Source: Spirochaetia bacterium (GTDB lineage: Bacteria; Spirochaetota; Spirochaetia; UBA9216). From it: a stretch of DNA of 64,000 nucleotides. Location: assembly GCA_963677925.2 (NCBI GenBank), contig CAXXYH010000003.1, positions 416,001 to 480,000 of the forward strand, given 5' to 3'. The notes below the pieces were generated by a model, which was not told where the DNA came from, did not search any database, and saw only the letters and a list, made by a program, of their open reading frames with translations. This document shows positions 1 through 8,961 of the stretch, one piece after another (the first letter of the stretch is position 1; each line of letters begins with the position of its first letter). The translations under genes were made by a program, and so were the position numbers.

Positions 1-736
1 TAGTCGGGATAATTGCCCCTTTTCTTACTGTTGTAAGGATAAAAAAGCAGTCGGACGGGGGTTCTTCAAGAAGTTTCAGAAGCGAGTTTCTGGAGGCTTC
101 ACCCATAGCATCGGCATTTTCGATAATTACAACCTTCTTTGAATCAGATGAAGTTCTGGCCCAGCTGTTGATTCGGCGTATCATGTCAATTGGAATGTTG
201 TCCGAAGCAAAAGAATCCGCTATTTTTGCCGCCTCATTTATGATCTTATCAATCTTTTTAGAAAGGGCTTCGATATTATCTATTGTACCCTCAACAGGTA
301 TCTCACGAAGCATCTCTTCGCAGGAAGAGGCATTTGATGACACCTGCTTGAATTTACTTTCATTGCCTTCCCAAAGAACGGGATCAAAACGCCGGGTAAG
401 TTTTCTTACTGAACGGATAAACATATACCTGGCAAAGGTATTCTGATTCTGTTTTAGGATATCCCCGCAGGCGGATATTTCATCAGAGAAGTATCTGCTG
501 CCCAGTATCTGCGTATATGGATGGATGAGAAGCCTGTGACTTTCACAGCTGTGACAGCTGCAGCTCCATGAGGCATCCCGTTCACAGGTAAGTACTCTTC
601 CAAGTTCAAGTGCCGTGGAAAGTTTACCTGAGTAATCGTCACCGCTGAAAAGGATGGCGCCTGGAAGTGAAGCTGTCGTGACTGCCCTTGAGAGGTTTTC
701 TACTATTCTTTGCTGGCCGATAATATTTTCAAACAT
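1..736 (-). CDS. holB: DNA polymerase III delta' subunit (partial, runs off left edge)
   Basis: Translated by hand from ATG 736 (absent from the ORF track): MFENIIGQQRIV..AILFSGDDYSGKLSTALELGRVLTC..CSCHSC..KKVVIIENADAMGEASRNSLLKLLEEPP. These are the clamp-loader Zn finger and box motifs. Confidence 0.85.
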   Translation of the reverse strand, partial: MFENIIGQQRIVENLSRAVTTASLPGAILFSGDDYSGKLSTALELGRVLTCERDASWSCSCHSCESHRLLIHPYTQILGSRYFSDEISACGDILKQNQNTFARYMFIRSVRKLTRRFDPVLWEGNESKFKQVSSNASSCEEMLREIPVEGTIDNIEALSKKIDKIINEAAKIADSFASDNIPIDMIRRINSWARTSSDSKKVVIIENADAMGEASRNSLLKLLEEPPSDCFFILTTVRKGAIIPT

Positions 737-742
737 AGACAG

Positions 743-1243
743 CTAAGCTTTTATTGTCTCCTCGATGGCGGAACTTCCGTCATCAATAAACTGCTGAAAA
801 CTGTTGTAATACCAGCTTTCCGCCTTTACTTTCTCCACATTGAAAAGCGGCTGAATATTTATGATAAAAAGCATGATCACCACAAGGGCAAAACCTTCTG
901 CAAGCCCGAAAAAAAGGCCGAGTGATTTATCGAGTTTATCCAGATTAATTTTATTAACAAGTGCATTAAGACCGTTTTCAAAGATCTTGGTAAGAATATA
1001 GGCAACAAGAAAAATCAGCAAAAATGCTATTACCTGATTCCAGTTTGTATGTCCGAATTTCTGACTGATAAACTCTCCTAGGGTACCGGAAAGCAGTGCA
1101 CCAAGAATTATTCCCAGACCGACTGCAGCAAGACTCATGAACTCAGTTACAAATCCCCGGACTATGGCTTTGATAGTCATAAACAGAATGACTATTGTAA
1201 AAAAGATATCTATAGGTAATACGTGAAAACTTCCTATATCCAT
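743..1243 (-). CDS. cvpA: CvpA family (colicin V production) membrane protein
   Basis: IDIFF..RGFVTE..LDKSLGLFFGLAEG pattern with 4 TM segments; adjacent to murG as in other spirochetes. Confidence 0.85.
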   Translation of the reverse strand: MDIGSFHVLPIDIFFTIVILFMTIKAIVRGFVTEFMSLAAVGLGIILGALLSGTLGEFISQKFGHTNWNQVIAFLLIFLVAYILTKIFENGLNALVNKINLDKLDKSLGLFFGLAEGFALVVIMLFIINIQPLFNVEKVKAESWYYNSFQQFIDDGSSAIEETIKA

Positions 1244-2313
1244 TATTCAATCCTTTCTAATATTTTTTTCGCTATTAACACAGCAGGGTCTCCCGCTGAC
1301 ATTGCTCCAGATTTTTCAGACATAACATTTCGCCTTGAATCATTACTCATGATATTTTCTATAAGTTTTAGCAGTTCCCCGGCCTGTACTTCACCCGACA
1401 GGACCTCAGCTGCTCCTGCCTCACTGAATATCTCAGCATTAAGGATCTGATCACCGCGGCTTCCGGCTGTTCCAAGCGGTATCAGAATCATAGGCTTTGA
1501 GAGAGCTGAAAATTCCCAGAGCGCAGAAGCTCCCGCCCTGCTGATTACCAGATCCGCCGCTGCTATTATATCAGGAAGTTCATCTTTTATAAATTCCTTT
1601 GTTATATAGTTTTCCGTTTCGGAAGCCTTATATGTCAGACTTCCCATCTGATGAACTACTGTATATTTTTCTGCAAGCCTGCCTGCAATCTCCTGTATCA
1701 GAAGATTTATCTGCAAGGCGCCCTGGCTGCCTCCGAGAATCAGAATAATCGGCCGCTCCCCTGCTTGGGCCCAGCTCCGGCCTTTGACAGCGTCTGCCTT
1801 TCTTATAGAGCTTCTTACGGGGTTTCCTGCAGTTTCAGTATTTAAACCTGACAGATATTTTGCAGTTACCGGGTAGGCTGTAAGGATTTTCTCTGAAAAT
1901 CTGCTGTTTATCCTTGTGGCAAGACCGGGTGTGACATCGGATTCATGTGAAATAACCGGTATTTTGAGAAAACCGCCGGCGATAACCGGAGGAACACTTA
2001 CAAAACCGCCTTTTGAAAATATCAGCCCGGGTTTAAGCTTTTTGAGGATGCTGACAGATTTAAAAAAACCTGCGGTGATTCTGAAAAGATCGCTGATATT
2101 TTTCAGCGAGAAATACCTGCGGAGCTTTCCTGATGGTACTCCGATAAACCGTACACCGGCCTCTTCAACCAGAGCCTTTTCCATCCCCCCGGAGGACCCC
2201 ATCCATATAACTTCAATTCCGGGGTCTTCCTCCTGAAGCTTCTCAATTACAGCCAAGCCTGGATAAACATGCCCCGCTGTACCTCCGCCGGTGAAAACAA
2301 TAAGCCTGCTCAT
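1243..2313 (-). CDS. murG: Undecaprenyl-PP-MurNAc-pentapeptide N-acetylglucosamine transferase
   Basis: TGGGTAGHVYP, SKGGFVS, GGSQGA, ISRAGA and QILNA motifs. Confidence 0.96.
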   Translation of the reverse strand: MSRLIVFTGGGTAGHVYPGLAVIEKLQEEDPGIEVIWMGSSGGMEKALVEEAGVRFIGVPSGKLRRYFSLKNISDLFRITAGFFKSVSILKKLKPGLIFSKGGFVSVPPVIAGGFLKIPVISHESDVTPGLATRINSRFSEKILTAYPVTAKYLSGLNTETAGNPVRSSIRKADAVKGRSWAQAGERPIILILGGSQGALQINLLIQEIAGRLAEKYTVVHQMGSLTYKASETENYITKEFIKDELPDIIAAADLVISRAGASALWEFSALSKPMILIPLGTAGSRGDQILNAEIFSEAGAAEVLSGEVQAGELLKLIENIMSNDSRRNVMSEKSGAMSAGDPAVLIAKKILERIE

Positions 2314-2362
2314 AAAAAAGAGAATACATGGAATAAAACGATTAATAAAGTAGATTTAAGAT

Positions 2363-3007
2363 CTAAAAGTAATCTGAGAGCTCCATTGCATCTGTCACCA
2401 TTATATCGGGTGAGCTCTGCTTAAGCTGTTCAGAATCCCTAAAGCCCCAGCATACAGCAGCAGATTTTAATCCGGCATTTTTTGCTGTCTGGATGTCAAC
2501 CTCGCTGTCTCCAATAAATAGAGTGTTCTCAATGCTTGAATTCATTTGATTCACCGCTATAAGGGCAGCCTGAGGATCAGGCTTTCCGGCTATATCAGAC
2601 CTTGTGCCCTGGATATATTTGAATTTCCAGCCGGATAAAAGTTTTCCTGTGATTTTCTGAACCAGCTCATCCTCTTTATTTGATAAAATTGACATAGGTA
2701 CACCGAGATCTGCCAGAGCATCAAGAAGCCGGGGTATTCCATTATAGACTGAAGTTCTGTTTATGCAATTATCCCGGTAGTAAGCCATAAGCTGTTTATA
2801 TACCCTGTCCTGTAAATCCGTATCATCAGAACCCAGAGCCTCCCTGACCAGAGACTTTAAGCCGTGACCTACCATTTTTCTGTATTCGGTTTCGGTATAA
2901 GGGGATAATCCGTTTTTTTCCAGAGCAAAATTAACCGAATCTGATATATCTCCCAGTGTATTAAGTAATGTTCCGTCAAGATCAAAAATTACTGCTTTAA
3001 ACTTCAT
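2363..3007 (-). CDS. HAD-IA hydrolase (phosphoglycolate phosphatase-like)
   Basis: FDLDGTL, SNK, KPDP and GDSEVD motifs. Confidence 0.88.
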   Translation of the reverse strand: MKFKAVIFDLDGTLLNTLGDISDSVNFALEKNGLSPYTETEYRKMVGHGLKSLVREALGSDDTDLQDRVYKQLMAYYRDNCINRTSVYNGIPRLLDALADLGVPMSILSNKEDELVQKITGKLLSGWKFKYIQGTRSDIAGKPDPQAALIAVNQMNSSIENTLFIGDSEVDIQTAKNAGLKSAAVCWGFRDSEQLKQSSPDIMVTDAMELSDYF

Positions 3008-3171
3008 ATAATGAACCTAAAACAAAACTTATATACAGGTCAATGAAGCTTGAATTATTTAGTGTATAAAACAGTACAAAAGACTCATATTTCCAATTCA
3101 TGGTTTTAGTAATTTTTTTTCAAATTTTTATTTGAATTTTATCTTATTTTTACACTAAACTTTTATAAGTT

Positions 3172-4317
3172 GTGATTAAAAATATCCGACGCCTTATTAT
3201 AAGTATATTTGTATTTTCCATACCCTTACTAATGACTGCCGCGGAGCCGTCAGCGACTCTGCGAATAGCTTTTCTAACATCAACATCCGAAAATAATACA
3301 TACTGGCCTCAGGTCTACAGAATTCTGGAAACAGCAGCAGAAGATCTGGGTGTTGAAATACTTAAATATGAATTTAATGTCGATGATCGTTTTGCAATAT
3401 TAAAAGACGGAGTTGATGCCTTATCAGCTGAACCTCATGTTGATGCTGCCGTAATAGGCTCTACATTCGGCCAAAGCCAAATACTTCTGGATACAGCGGA
3501 AGCACTTGAAATTCCTGTACTTATTCAGGGGCCGCTGCCTCCTGATGAGCTTTCAGGAATCGGATCAATTCCACGGAGAAAATATAAATACTGGATAGGC
3601 TATTTTTATCAGGATGAGCAGAGGAAAGCCTATCTGCTTACTAAATATCTAATCAGGCAATCTCTTATCAAGGGTCTCAACTCACCCGACGGCTCAGTCA
3701 AAATAATCGGGATCAATGGAGACAACAGCTGGTATGGCTCAGAACTTAGAGAAAAGGGACTTCTACAGGCTGTATCAGAATCTCCCAGCGCCCGCCTTTA
3801 TCAGACAGTACCTACTTTCTGGAGCAGGTCTGACGGTCGGGAAAAGACTTATACCCTCCTGCAGAGGTACCGTGATGTGAATGCAGTATGGGCGGCAAGC
3901 GATCAGCTTGCGATTGGAGCGTCGGATGCGATCTATACATATCAGACTTTACATGACCGGGAACTGCTTACAGGAGGCTGCGACTTATCTTCTGAGGGCC
4001 TGAAGCACATACGTTACGGAAATATCTCATGCACTTTCGGCAGCAGTATGCTCTACTGGGCGGAAATTCTTGTTTATCTTCATGATTATCTTAAAGGTAT
4101 GGATTTTCTATCGGATCCGGGGACAATAATCATTCCGGAAATCATCGGTGCCGATTTTAAAAATTATGACGATATAAACCGCTTATATACCGATTATGCT
4201 GCAATCGATTTTAAAACTTTCTCCAAAATTTTTTATCCTGAGAAAACTAATTATGATTTCTCATTAGGTAATTATTTTAAACTGCTGAACATCACCGGGG
4301 AGCCATATAAAAATTGA
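3172..4317 (+). CDS. Periplasmic sugar-binding-type (type I) protein, probably a sensor partner
   Basis: Signal peptide; RE.G, VWAASDQLAIGA and GGCD motifs of Peripla_BP_4-like proteins; no ABC permease nearby; overlaps the kinase start. Confidence 0.75.
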   Translation: MIKNIRRLIISIFVFSIPLLMTAAEPSATLRIAFLTSTSENNTYWPQVYRILETAAEDLGVEILKYEFNVDDRFAILKDGVDALSAEPHVDAAVIGSTFGQSQILLDTAEALEIPVLIQGPLPPDELSGIGSIPRRKYKYWIGYFYQDEQRKAYLLTKYLIRQSLIKGLNSPDGSVKIIGINGDNSWYGSELREKGLLQAVSESPSARLYQTVPTFWSRSDGREKTYTLLQRYRDVNAVWAASDQLAIGASDAIYTYQTLHDRELLTGGCDLSSEGLKHIRYGNISCTFGSSMLYWAEILVYLHDYLKGMDFLSDPGTIIIPEIIGADFKNYDDINRLYTDYAAIDFKTFSKIFYPEKTNYDFSLGNYFKLLNITGEPYKN

Positions 4318-5654
4318 AAAAAGTAAACAGAAAGTTCAAATTCAGAGGTTTAACAGGTAAAACTACACTCATCATTATTTTCTGCAGTCTGCTGTTTTCA
4401 GTTATTTTCACAGCAATACAGGTCAATCTTGATTACAGAAGAGATTTAAAAAAAATTAAAAATCTGTTTACAATAGTTGAAAACAGCTATCTCCCGACCA
4501 TTAATTACAGTCTTTTCTACCTGGATAACCGGCAGGTCTCGCTTATGCTTGATGGAATAACAAGTATTCCGGAATTCAATTTCCTGGAGATCTCTGAAAT
4601 GAATGGAAATGAATCATTCATCCGCTACTATTCAGGAACCATGCCCAGGTCTGATTATCTGGTAAGAGAGTGGCGCCTGTCTTTTGTTTTTATGGGTGAA
4701 GAGAGAGAACTCGGAATCATGAAGCTGTATGCCTCACTTGAACCAATACAGTCAATCCGGGTACAGAGATTTCTTACAAGTCTCGGCCTGAATCTTATCA
4801 GATCTCTAATACTCGGTGCTCTGATATTTCTCATAATAGACAGACAGGTTTTCAGACATCTCCGATATATTACCTCATTTATCAGTAATATTGAGCTGGA
4901 CAGCCCGCCGGGGAAAATGCTTGTTTTAAATCGGGATAAGAATATAAAAACCGGAAATGATGAACTTGATGATATTACAGCGATATTAAATGAAATGTAT
5001 TCCAGAATATCTTCATCATATTCAATCATAACTAAAGCTCTTGATGACAAAGAGACGCTGTTAAGAGAACTGCATCACCGTACAAAAAACAACATGCAGA
5101 TAATACACTCGATGCTGGCTCTGCAGGCTCAGAGACTGGAAAATAACCCGGATATTCAGGAAATTCTAAAAGAAACTGAAAGCCGTATATCTGCCATGTC
5201 TATGGTTCATACAATGCTTTATCGTTCAAACAACCTTTCCGAAGTAAATCTGAAGTATTACTGCGGAGAATTACTTGAAAAACTGGTTTCAAGCTACAAT
5301 CCGGAGAACAAGAGGATTAGCTACAAAACTGATATAGATGAAATAAATATGAAAATTGATGAATCAATTCAGCTTGGACTTGTAATTGTTGAACTTGTAA
5401 CAAACTCTATAAAACATGCTTTTAGCAATGTTAAAAATCCTGAAATACGATTTTCACTCAGTAAAACCTCCGATACTGCAGTACTCATCACCTATTCAGA
5501 TAACGGTCCGGGATTAAGCATTCCTCCGGCCGAAGCCGGCGGCGTTTCACTTGGTTTAAGACTTCTTGATTCTATTGTAACAAGACAGCTTAACGGCAGC
5601 ATTAATTTTCCGGATGGCGACGGCTTCCACTGTATTATTGAGATTCCGATATAA
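4314..5654 (+). CDS. Membrane sensor histidine kinase (HisKA_2 type)
   Basis: Two TM segments, a periplasmic domain, a HAMP-like DELD segment, ELHHRTKNNMQ H-box, ELVTNSIKHAF N-box, DNGPG and SLGL boxes. Confidence 0.9.
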   Translation: MKKVNRKFKFRGLTGKTTLIIIFCSLLFSVIFTAIQVNLDYRRDLKKIKNLFTIVENSYLPTINYSLFYLDNRQVSLMLDGITSIPEFNFLEISEMNGNESFIRYYSGTMPRSDYLVREWRLSFVFMGEERELGIMKLYASLEPIQSIRVQRFLTSLGLNLIRSLILGALIFLIIDRQVFRHLRYITSFISNIELDSPPGKMLVLNRDKNIKTGNDELDDITAILNEMYSRISSSYSIITKALDDKETLLRELHHRTKNNMQIIHSMLALQAQRLENNPDIQEILKETESRISAMSMVHTMLYRSNNLSEVNLKYYCGELLEKLVSSYNPENKRISYKTDIDEINMKIDESIQLGLVIVELVTNSIKHAFSNVKNPEIRFSLSKTSDTAVLITYSDNGPGLSIPPAEAGGVSLGLRLLDSIVTRQLNGSINFPDGDGFHCIIEIPI

Positions 5655-5711
5655 TGTTTTTCTGCTCAGAGTTTTCTTGATATTGATTATTGCAGATCTT
5701 ATATTAAGCAT

Positions 5712-6902
5712 ATGTTGAAATTGAAAACCATATACGATCATATAATAATCGGCTCAGGAATAGCCGGCACCAGAGCAGCTGAAACAATCAGAACCTTAAA
5801 CAGCGATGCAGATATACTGATGATTTCATCGGAAGCAGGTCATCCTTACAAACGCACAAATATTGATAAACATATCGCGGAGGGATTCAGTGAAACAGAT
5901 TTTCTGCTTCATCCGGAGGAATGGTATTCCGAAAACCGCATAGAATATATCTCAGAAGTTTCTGTCGATTCCATTCAGATTCCGGATAAAAAAGTGATTC
6001 TCAACGGTGATAAAATCATCAGCTTCGGAACCCTTCTGCTTGCCACAGGAGCGAATCCTGTAATTCCAGATTTTATAAAAACAGGCAGTGTTCCCACGTA
6101 CTATATCAGAACAAAGACAGAAACATTAAACTTCATGAGAGAACTCAACAATGCCGAATCGGTCACGATAATCGGAGGAGGCGTTCAGAGTGCCGAAATT
6201 GCAGAGCAGTGCATTCTAAAAGGAAAAGAGGTTAATCTTATCTGCCGGAACAGCCGTCTGTTAAGAAAATATTTCCCTGCAGATTACAGCAGTGAAATAG
6301 AAAATCTTCTTATGGAGAAGGGAGTTAACTTATACCTGTCTATAGATGCTTATAATATTTCCTGGAGCGCTGAATCAGGATATAAAATCGGATTTGGAGA
6401 TAAGCAGCTGCACTCTGACATGCTTGTTACATCCTGCGGAATTGAAGCTGAGGTACGGCTTGCAAAAACTGCCGGAATAAAAACAGACAAAGGCATTGTT
6501 GTTGATGAACACTGTGAAACCAGTGTTCCGGGGATATTTGCAGCCGGAGATTGTGCGCAGTACGGCTCACAGAATCCTGCAGGGCTATGGCATTCTGCAG
6601 AATATATGGGGATAACCGCAGGAAATAATATGTGCGGAAAGAAGGAATCAATAGGCAGTAAAACTTTCAGGCTGAAATGCGAGCTGTTCGGAAGTTTCTT
6701 CTTCAGTCAGAATTATTCTGCCGCAGGCAGCTTGAATTCCGAGTCCTTCAGCGGCCCTTCAATTCAGCAGCGATGGTTTTTTAAAGAATCAGCTGCAGCC
6801 GGAGTAATTATGACCAATGATAAACCAAGGGCCAAGACTTATGAAAGAGCAGTTAACGATGGCTGGAATATTTACAGAATAAAACAGGAGCTGCCTGTAT
6901 AG
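5712..6902 (+). CDS. FAD/NAD(P)-dependent oxidoreductase (rubredoxin/ferredoxin reductase-like)
   Basis: IIGSGIAG, LLLATGA, IIGGG and TSVPGIFAAGDCA motifs. Confidence 0.85.
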   Translation: MLKLKTIYDHIIIGSGIAGTRAAETIRTLNSDADILMISSEAGHPYKRTNIDKHIAEGFSETDFLLHPEEWYSENRIEYISEVSVDSIQIPDKKVILNGDKIISFGTLLLATGANPVIPDFIKTGSVPTYYIRTKTETLNFMRELNNAESVTIIGGGVQSAEIAEQCILKGKEVNLICRNSRLLRKYFPADYSSEIENLLMEKGVNLYLSIDAYNISWSAESGYKIGFGDKQLHSDMLVTSCGIEAEVRLAKTAGIKTDKGIVVDEHCETSVPGIFAAGDCAQYGSQNPAGLWHSAEYMGITAGNNMCGKKESIGSKTFRLKCELFGSFFFSQNYSAAGSLNSESFSGPSIQQRWFFKESAAAGVIMTNDKPRAKTYERAVNDGWNIYRIKQELPV

Positions 6903-6974
6903 CGATATTTCTTACATAAGCGTTCTCTTTTTGCAATTTTTTTGCATTTTTAAGTTCCATATTTGCATTTTTCT

Positions 6975-7003
6975 TTGACAGATCAATTTTTCGGGTTTAT
7001 CCT
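6975..7003 (+). promoter_or_regulatory. sigma70-type promoter of the PTS operon
   Basis: TTGACA-17 bp-TATCCT, preceded by phased TTGCA repeats. Confidence 0.65.
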
Positions 7004-7034
7004 GAACTAAATTATGATTAGAAAAGGAGAAAAT

Positions 7035-8432
7035 ATGGAACTTGGTGCATTACAATCAGTGGTCGATTTTTTTCTCGGCCTCGGAGCATCTGTCCTCCTC
7101 CCGATCATCCTGTTTATACTTTCGATTATATTCGGGGCGAAACCGGGGAAAGCAATAAGATCATCACTGATGTTCGGTGTTGGTTTTATTGGTCTGAATC
7201 TCATTATCGGGTTACTGTCCAGCAATATCGGACCTGTTTCCCAGTCAATGGTAGAGCGTTTCGGTCTGCAGCTTGATATTATTGATGTCGGCTGGCCTGC
7301 CTGTGCGTCTATCGCATTCGGTTCAAAAATTTCCACCCTTATAATTCCTGCAGGAATACTTTTGAACCTTCTGCTCCTTTTTACCCGGGTAACAAAAACC
7401 ATCAACATTGATATCTGGAACTTCTGGCATTTTGCCTTCGTCGGCGGACTTGTACAGTGGGCAACCGGAAATATCTGGTACGGACTTATTTCAGCTCTTA
7501 TTGTTGCAGCCGCTCTGCTGTTTTTTGCGGACTGGACCGCACCTGCTATTCAGCAGACTATGGGTCTTCCGGGAATATCTATTCCTCATGCATTTTCAGC
7601 TGCGCCCGTTCCATTCGCAATCATTATAAACAAAATTATTGATGTGATCCCCGGTATAAAGGATATAAAGGGTGATCCTGACACCGTAAAAAAGAAATTC
7701 GGGCTTATGGGCGAACCTCTCATTATGGGTGTCGTGATTGGTCTCATTCTCTCAGCAGTAGCCTACCTCGGAGTAGGTCCATGGACTGACTGGCTTGGAA
7801 AGATGCTTTCAACCGCTATCTCTCTTGGTGCTGTTATGGTTCTTATGCCTCGAATGGTTTCACTTCTGATGGAAGGTTTAATACCGCTCTCTGATGCAGC
7901 AAGAGATTTTCTTCAGAAAAAAGCCGGTGACAGGGAAATTTATATCGGTCTTGATTCCGCTATCATCGTTGGACATCCAACCGCAATAGCTACCGGACTG
8001 CTGATGGTTCCGATCACTTTGATTCTGGCAATTATACTTCCGGGAAACAAGGTTATTCCTTTCGGCGACCTTGCAGTTATCCCGTTTCTTGTTGCAATGG
8101 TAATTCCTATTGTTAAGGCTAACGTATTCCGATCTGTAGTTGTTTCTACAATTTTTATGATTCCTTCAATATACATAATGAATTATCTTGCTGAAGGTAC
8201 AACAGCCGCTGCAATAGCTGCAGATTTCACCCTTCCTGAAGGTGCAAATCTTATTACATCGATATGTGACGGCGGAAACTGGATTTCAGCACTCTTTCTT
8301 GCTGCATCAAAATATTTCTGGGTCGGCAATATCCTAATAGTAGCTGTAATTGTAGTGCTCTGGGTAATCCTTAAAAAGAAACCTGAAGCCATGCATAAGA
8401 TTGCAGGATACGACGCAGAAAAAACAGAATAA
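7035..8432 (+). CDS. gatC: PTS galactitol-family EIIC component
   Basis: IIDVGWP, NIDIWNFWH, IGLDSAI and PFGDLA motifs; AGGAG RBS before ATG 7035. Confidence 0.92.
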   Translation: MELGALQSVVDFFLGLGASVLLPIILFILSIIFGAKPGKAIRSSLMFGVGFIGLNLIIGLLSSNIGPVSQSMVERFGLQLDIIDVGWPACASIAFGSKISTLIIPAGILLNLLLLFTRVTKTINIDIWNFWHFAFVGGLVQWATGNIWYGLISALIVAAALLFFADWTAPAIQQTMGLPGISIPHAFSAAPVPFAIIINKIIDVIPGIKDIKGDPDTVKKKFGLMGEPLIMGVVIGLILSAVAYLGVGPWTDWLGKMLSTAISLGAVMVLMPRMVSLLMEGLIPLSDAARDFLQKKAGDREIYIGLDSAIIVGHPTAIATGLLMVPITLILAIILPGNKVIPFGDLAVIPFLVAMVIPIVKANVFRSVVVSTIFMIPSIYIMNYLAEGTTAAAIAADFTLPEGANLITSICDGGNWISALFLAASKYFWVGNILIVAVIVVLWVILKKKPEAMHKIAGYDAEKTE

Positions 8433-8440
8433 AAAAATCT

Positions 8441-8458
8441 CCCGCCCTTCGGGGCGGG
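8441..8458 (+). other. Intra-operon GC hairpin with a cUUCGg tetraloop (mRNA stabiliser or weak terminator)
   Basis: CCCGCCC-TTCG-GGGCGGG directly after gatC. Confidence 0.6.
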
Positions 8459-8478
8459 TTTCCAACTGAGGGGTAAAC

Positions 8479-8961
8479 ATGAAAATTGAAGAGATATTAA
8501 AAGAAGACTGCATCCTAGGGAATATTGAAGTCCCCTCCAAAGAAGCCGCACTGGACATAATGGCCAGACATCTGTATGAAAAGGGATATGTGAAGGAATC
8601 ATATATACAGGCAATCCAGGACAGGGAAGCCAGCTACCCTTCGGGCCTTCCGATGGAAATACTCAAGATAGCGATACCTCATACTGATGCAGATCATGTA
8701 AATCAGTCTGTTATCTGTTTTGCCAGACTTAACAAAGAAGTTGAATTTTCTGTTATGGGAGCACCTGAAGAAAAAATACCGGTCAGACTTATTTCGATGT
8801 TTGCACTGAAAGAAAAGAAAAAGATAGGCGACCTGCTTGAAACCCTTATCACAACATATCAGGATAATGATGTTCTGCAAGCCCTTGTTGATTCTTCTGA
8901 TGAATCTGAAATCTACGAAATATTAAAAACCAATGTCGGAAAGAACTTAAAGGCTGAATAA
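8479..8961 (+). CDS. PTS EIIA component (galactitol/fructose family)
   Basis: RE..YPSGL..IAIPHTD phospho-His motif. Confidence 0.92.
   Translation: MKIEEILKEDCILGNIEVPSKEAALDIMARHLYEKGYVKESYIQAIQDREASYPSGLPMEILKIAIPHTDADHVNQSVICFARLNKEVEFSVMGAPEEKIPVRLISMFALKEKKKIGDLLETLITTYQDNDVLQALVDSSDESEIYEILKTNVGKNLKAE

Noticed and set aside
168-925. Short ORFs 168-446, 454-642 and 710-925
   Set aside because: They are shadows of the real minus-strand holB frame (ATG 736) and cvpA.
743-1243. cvpA as evidence of a bacteriocin system
   Set aside because: CvpA is a widespread housekeeping membrane protein, here in core synteny with murG, and no bacteriocin genes are nearby.
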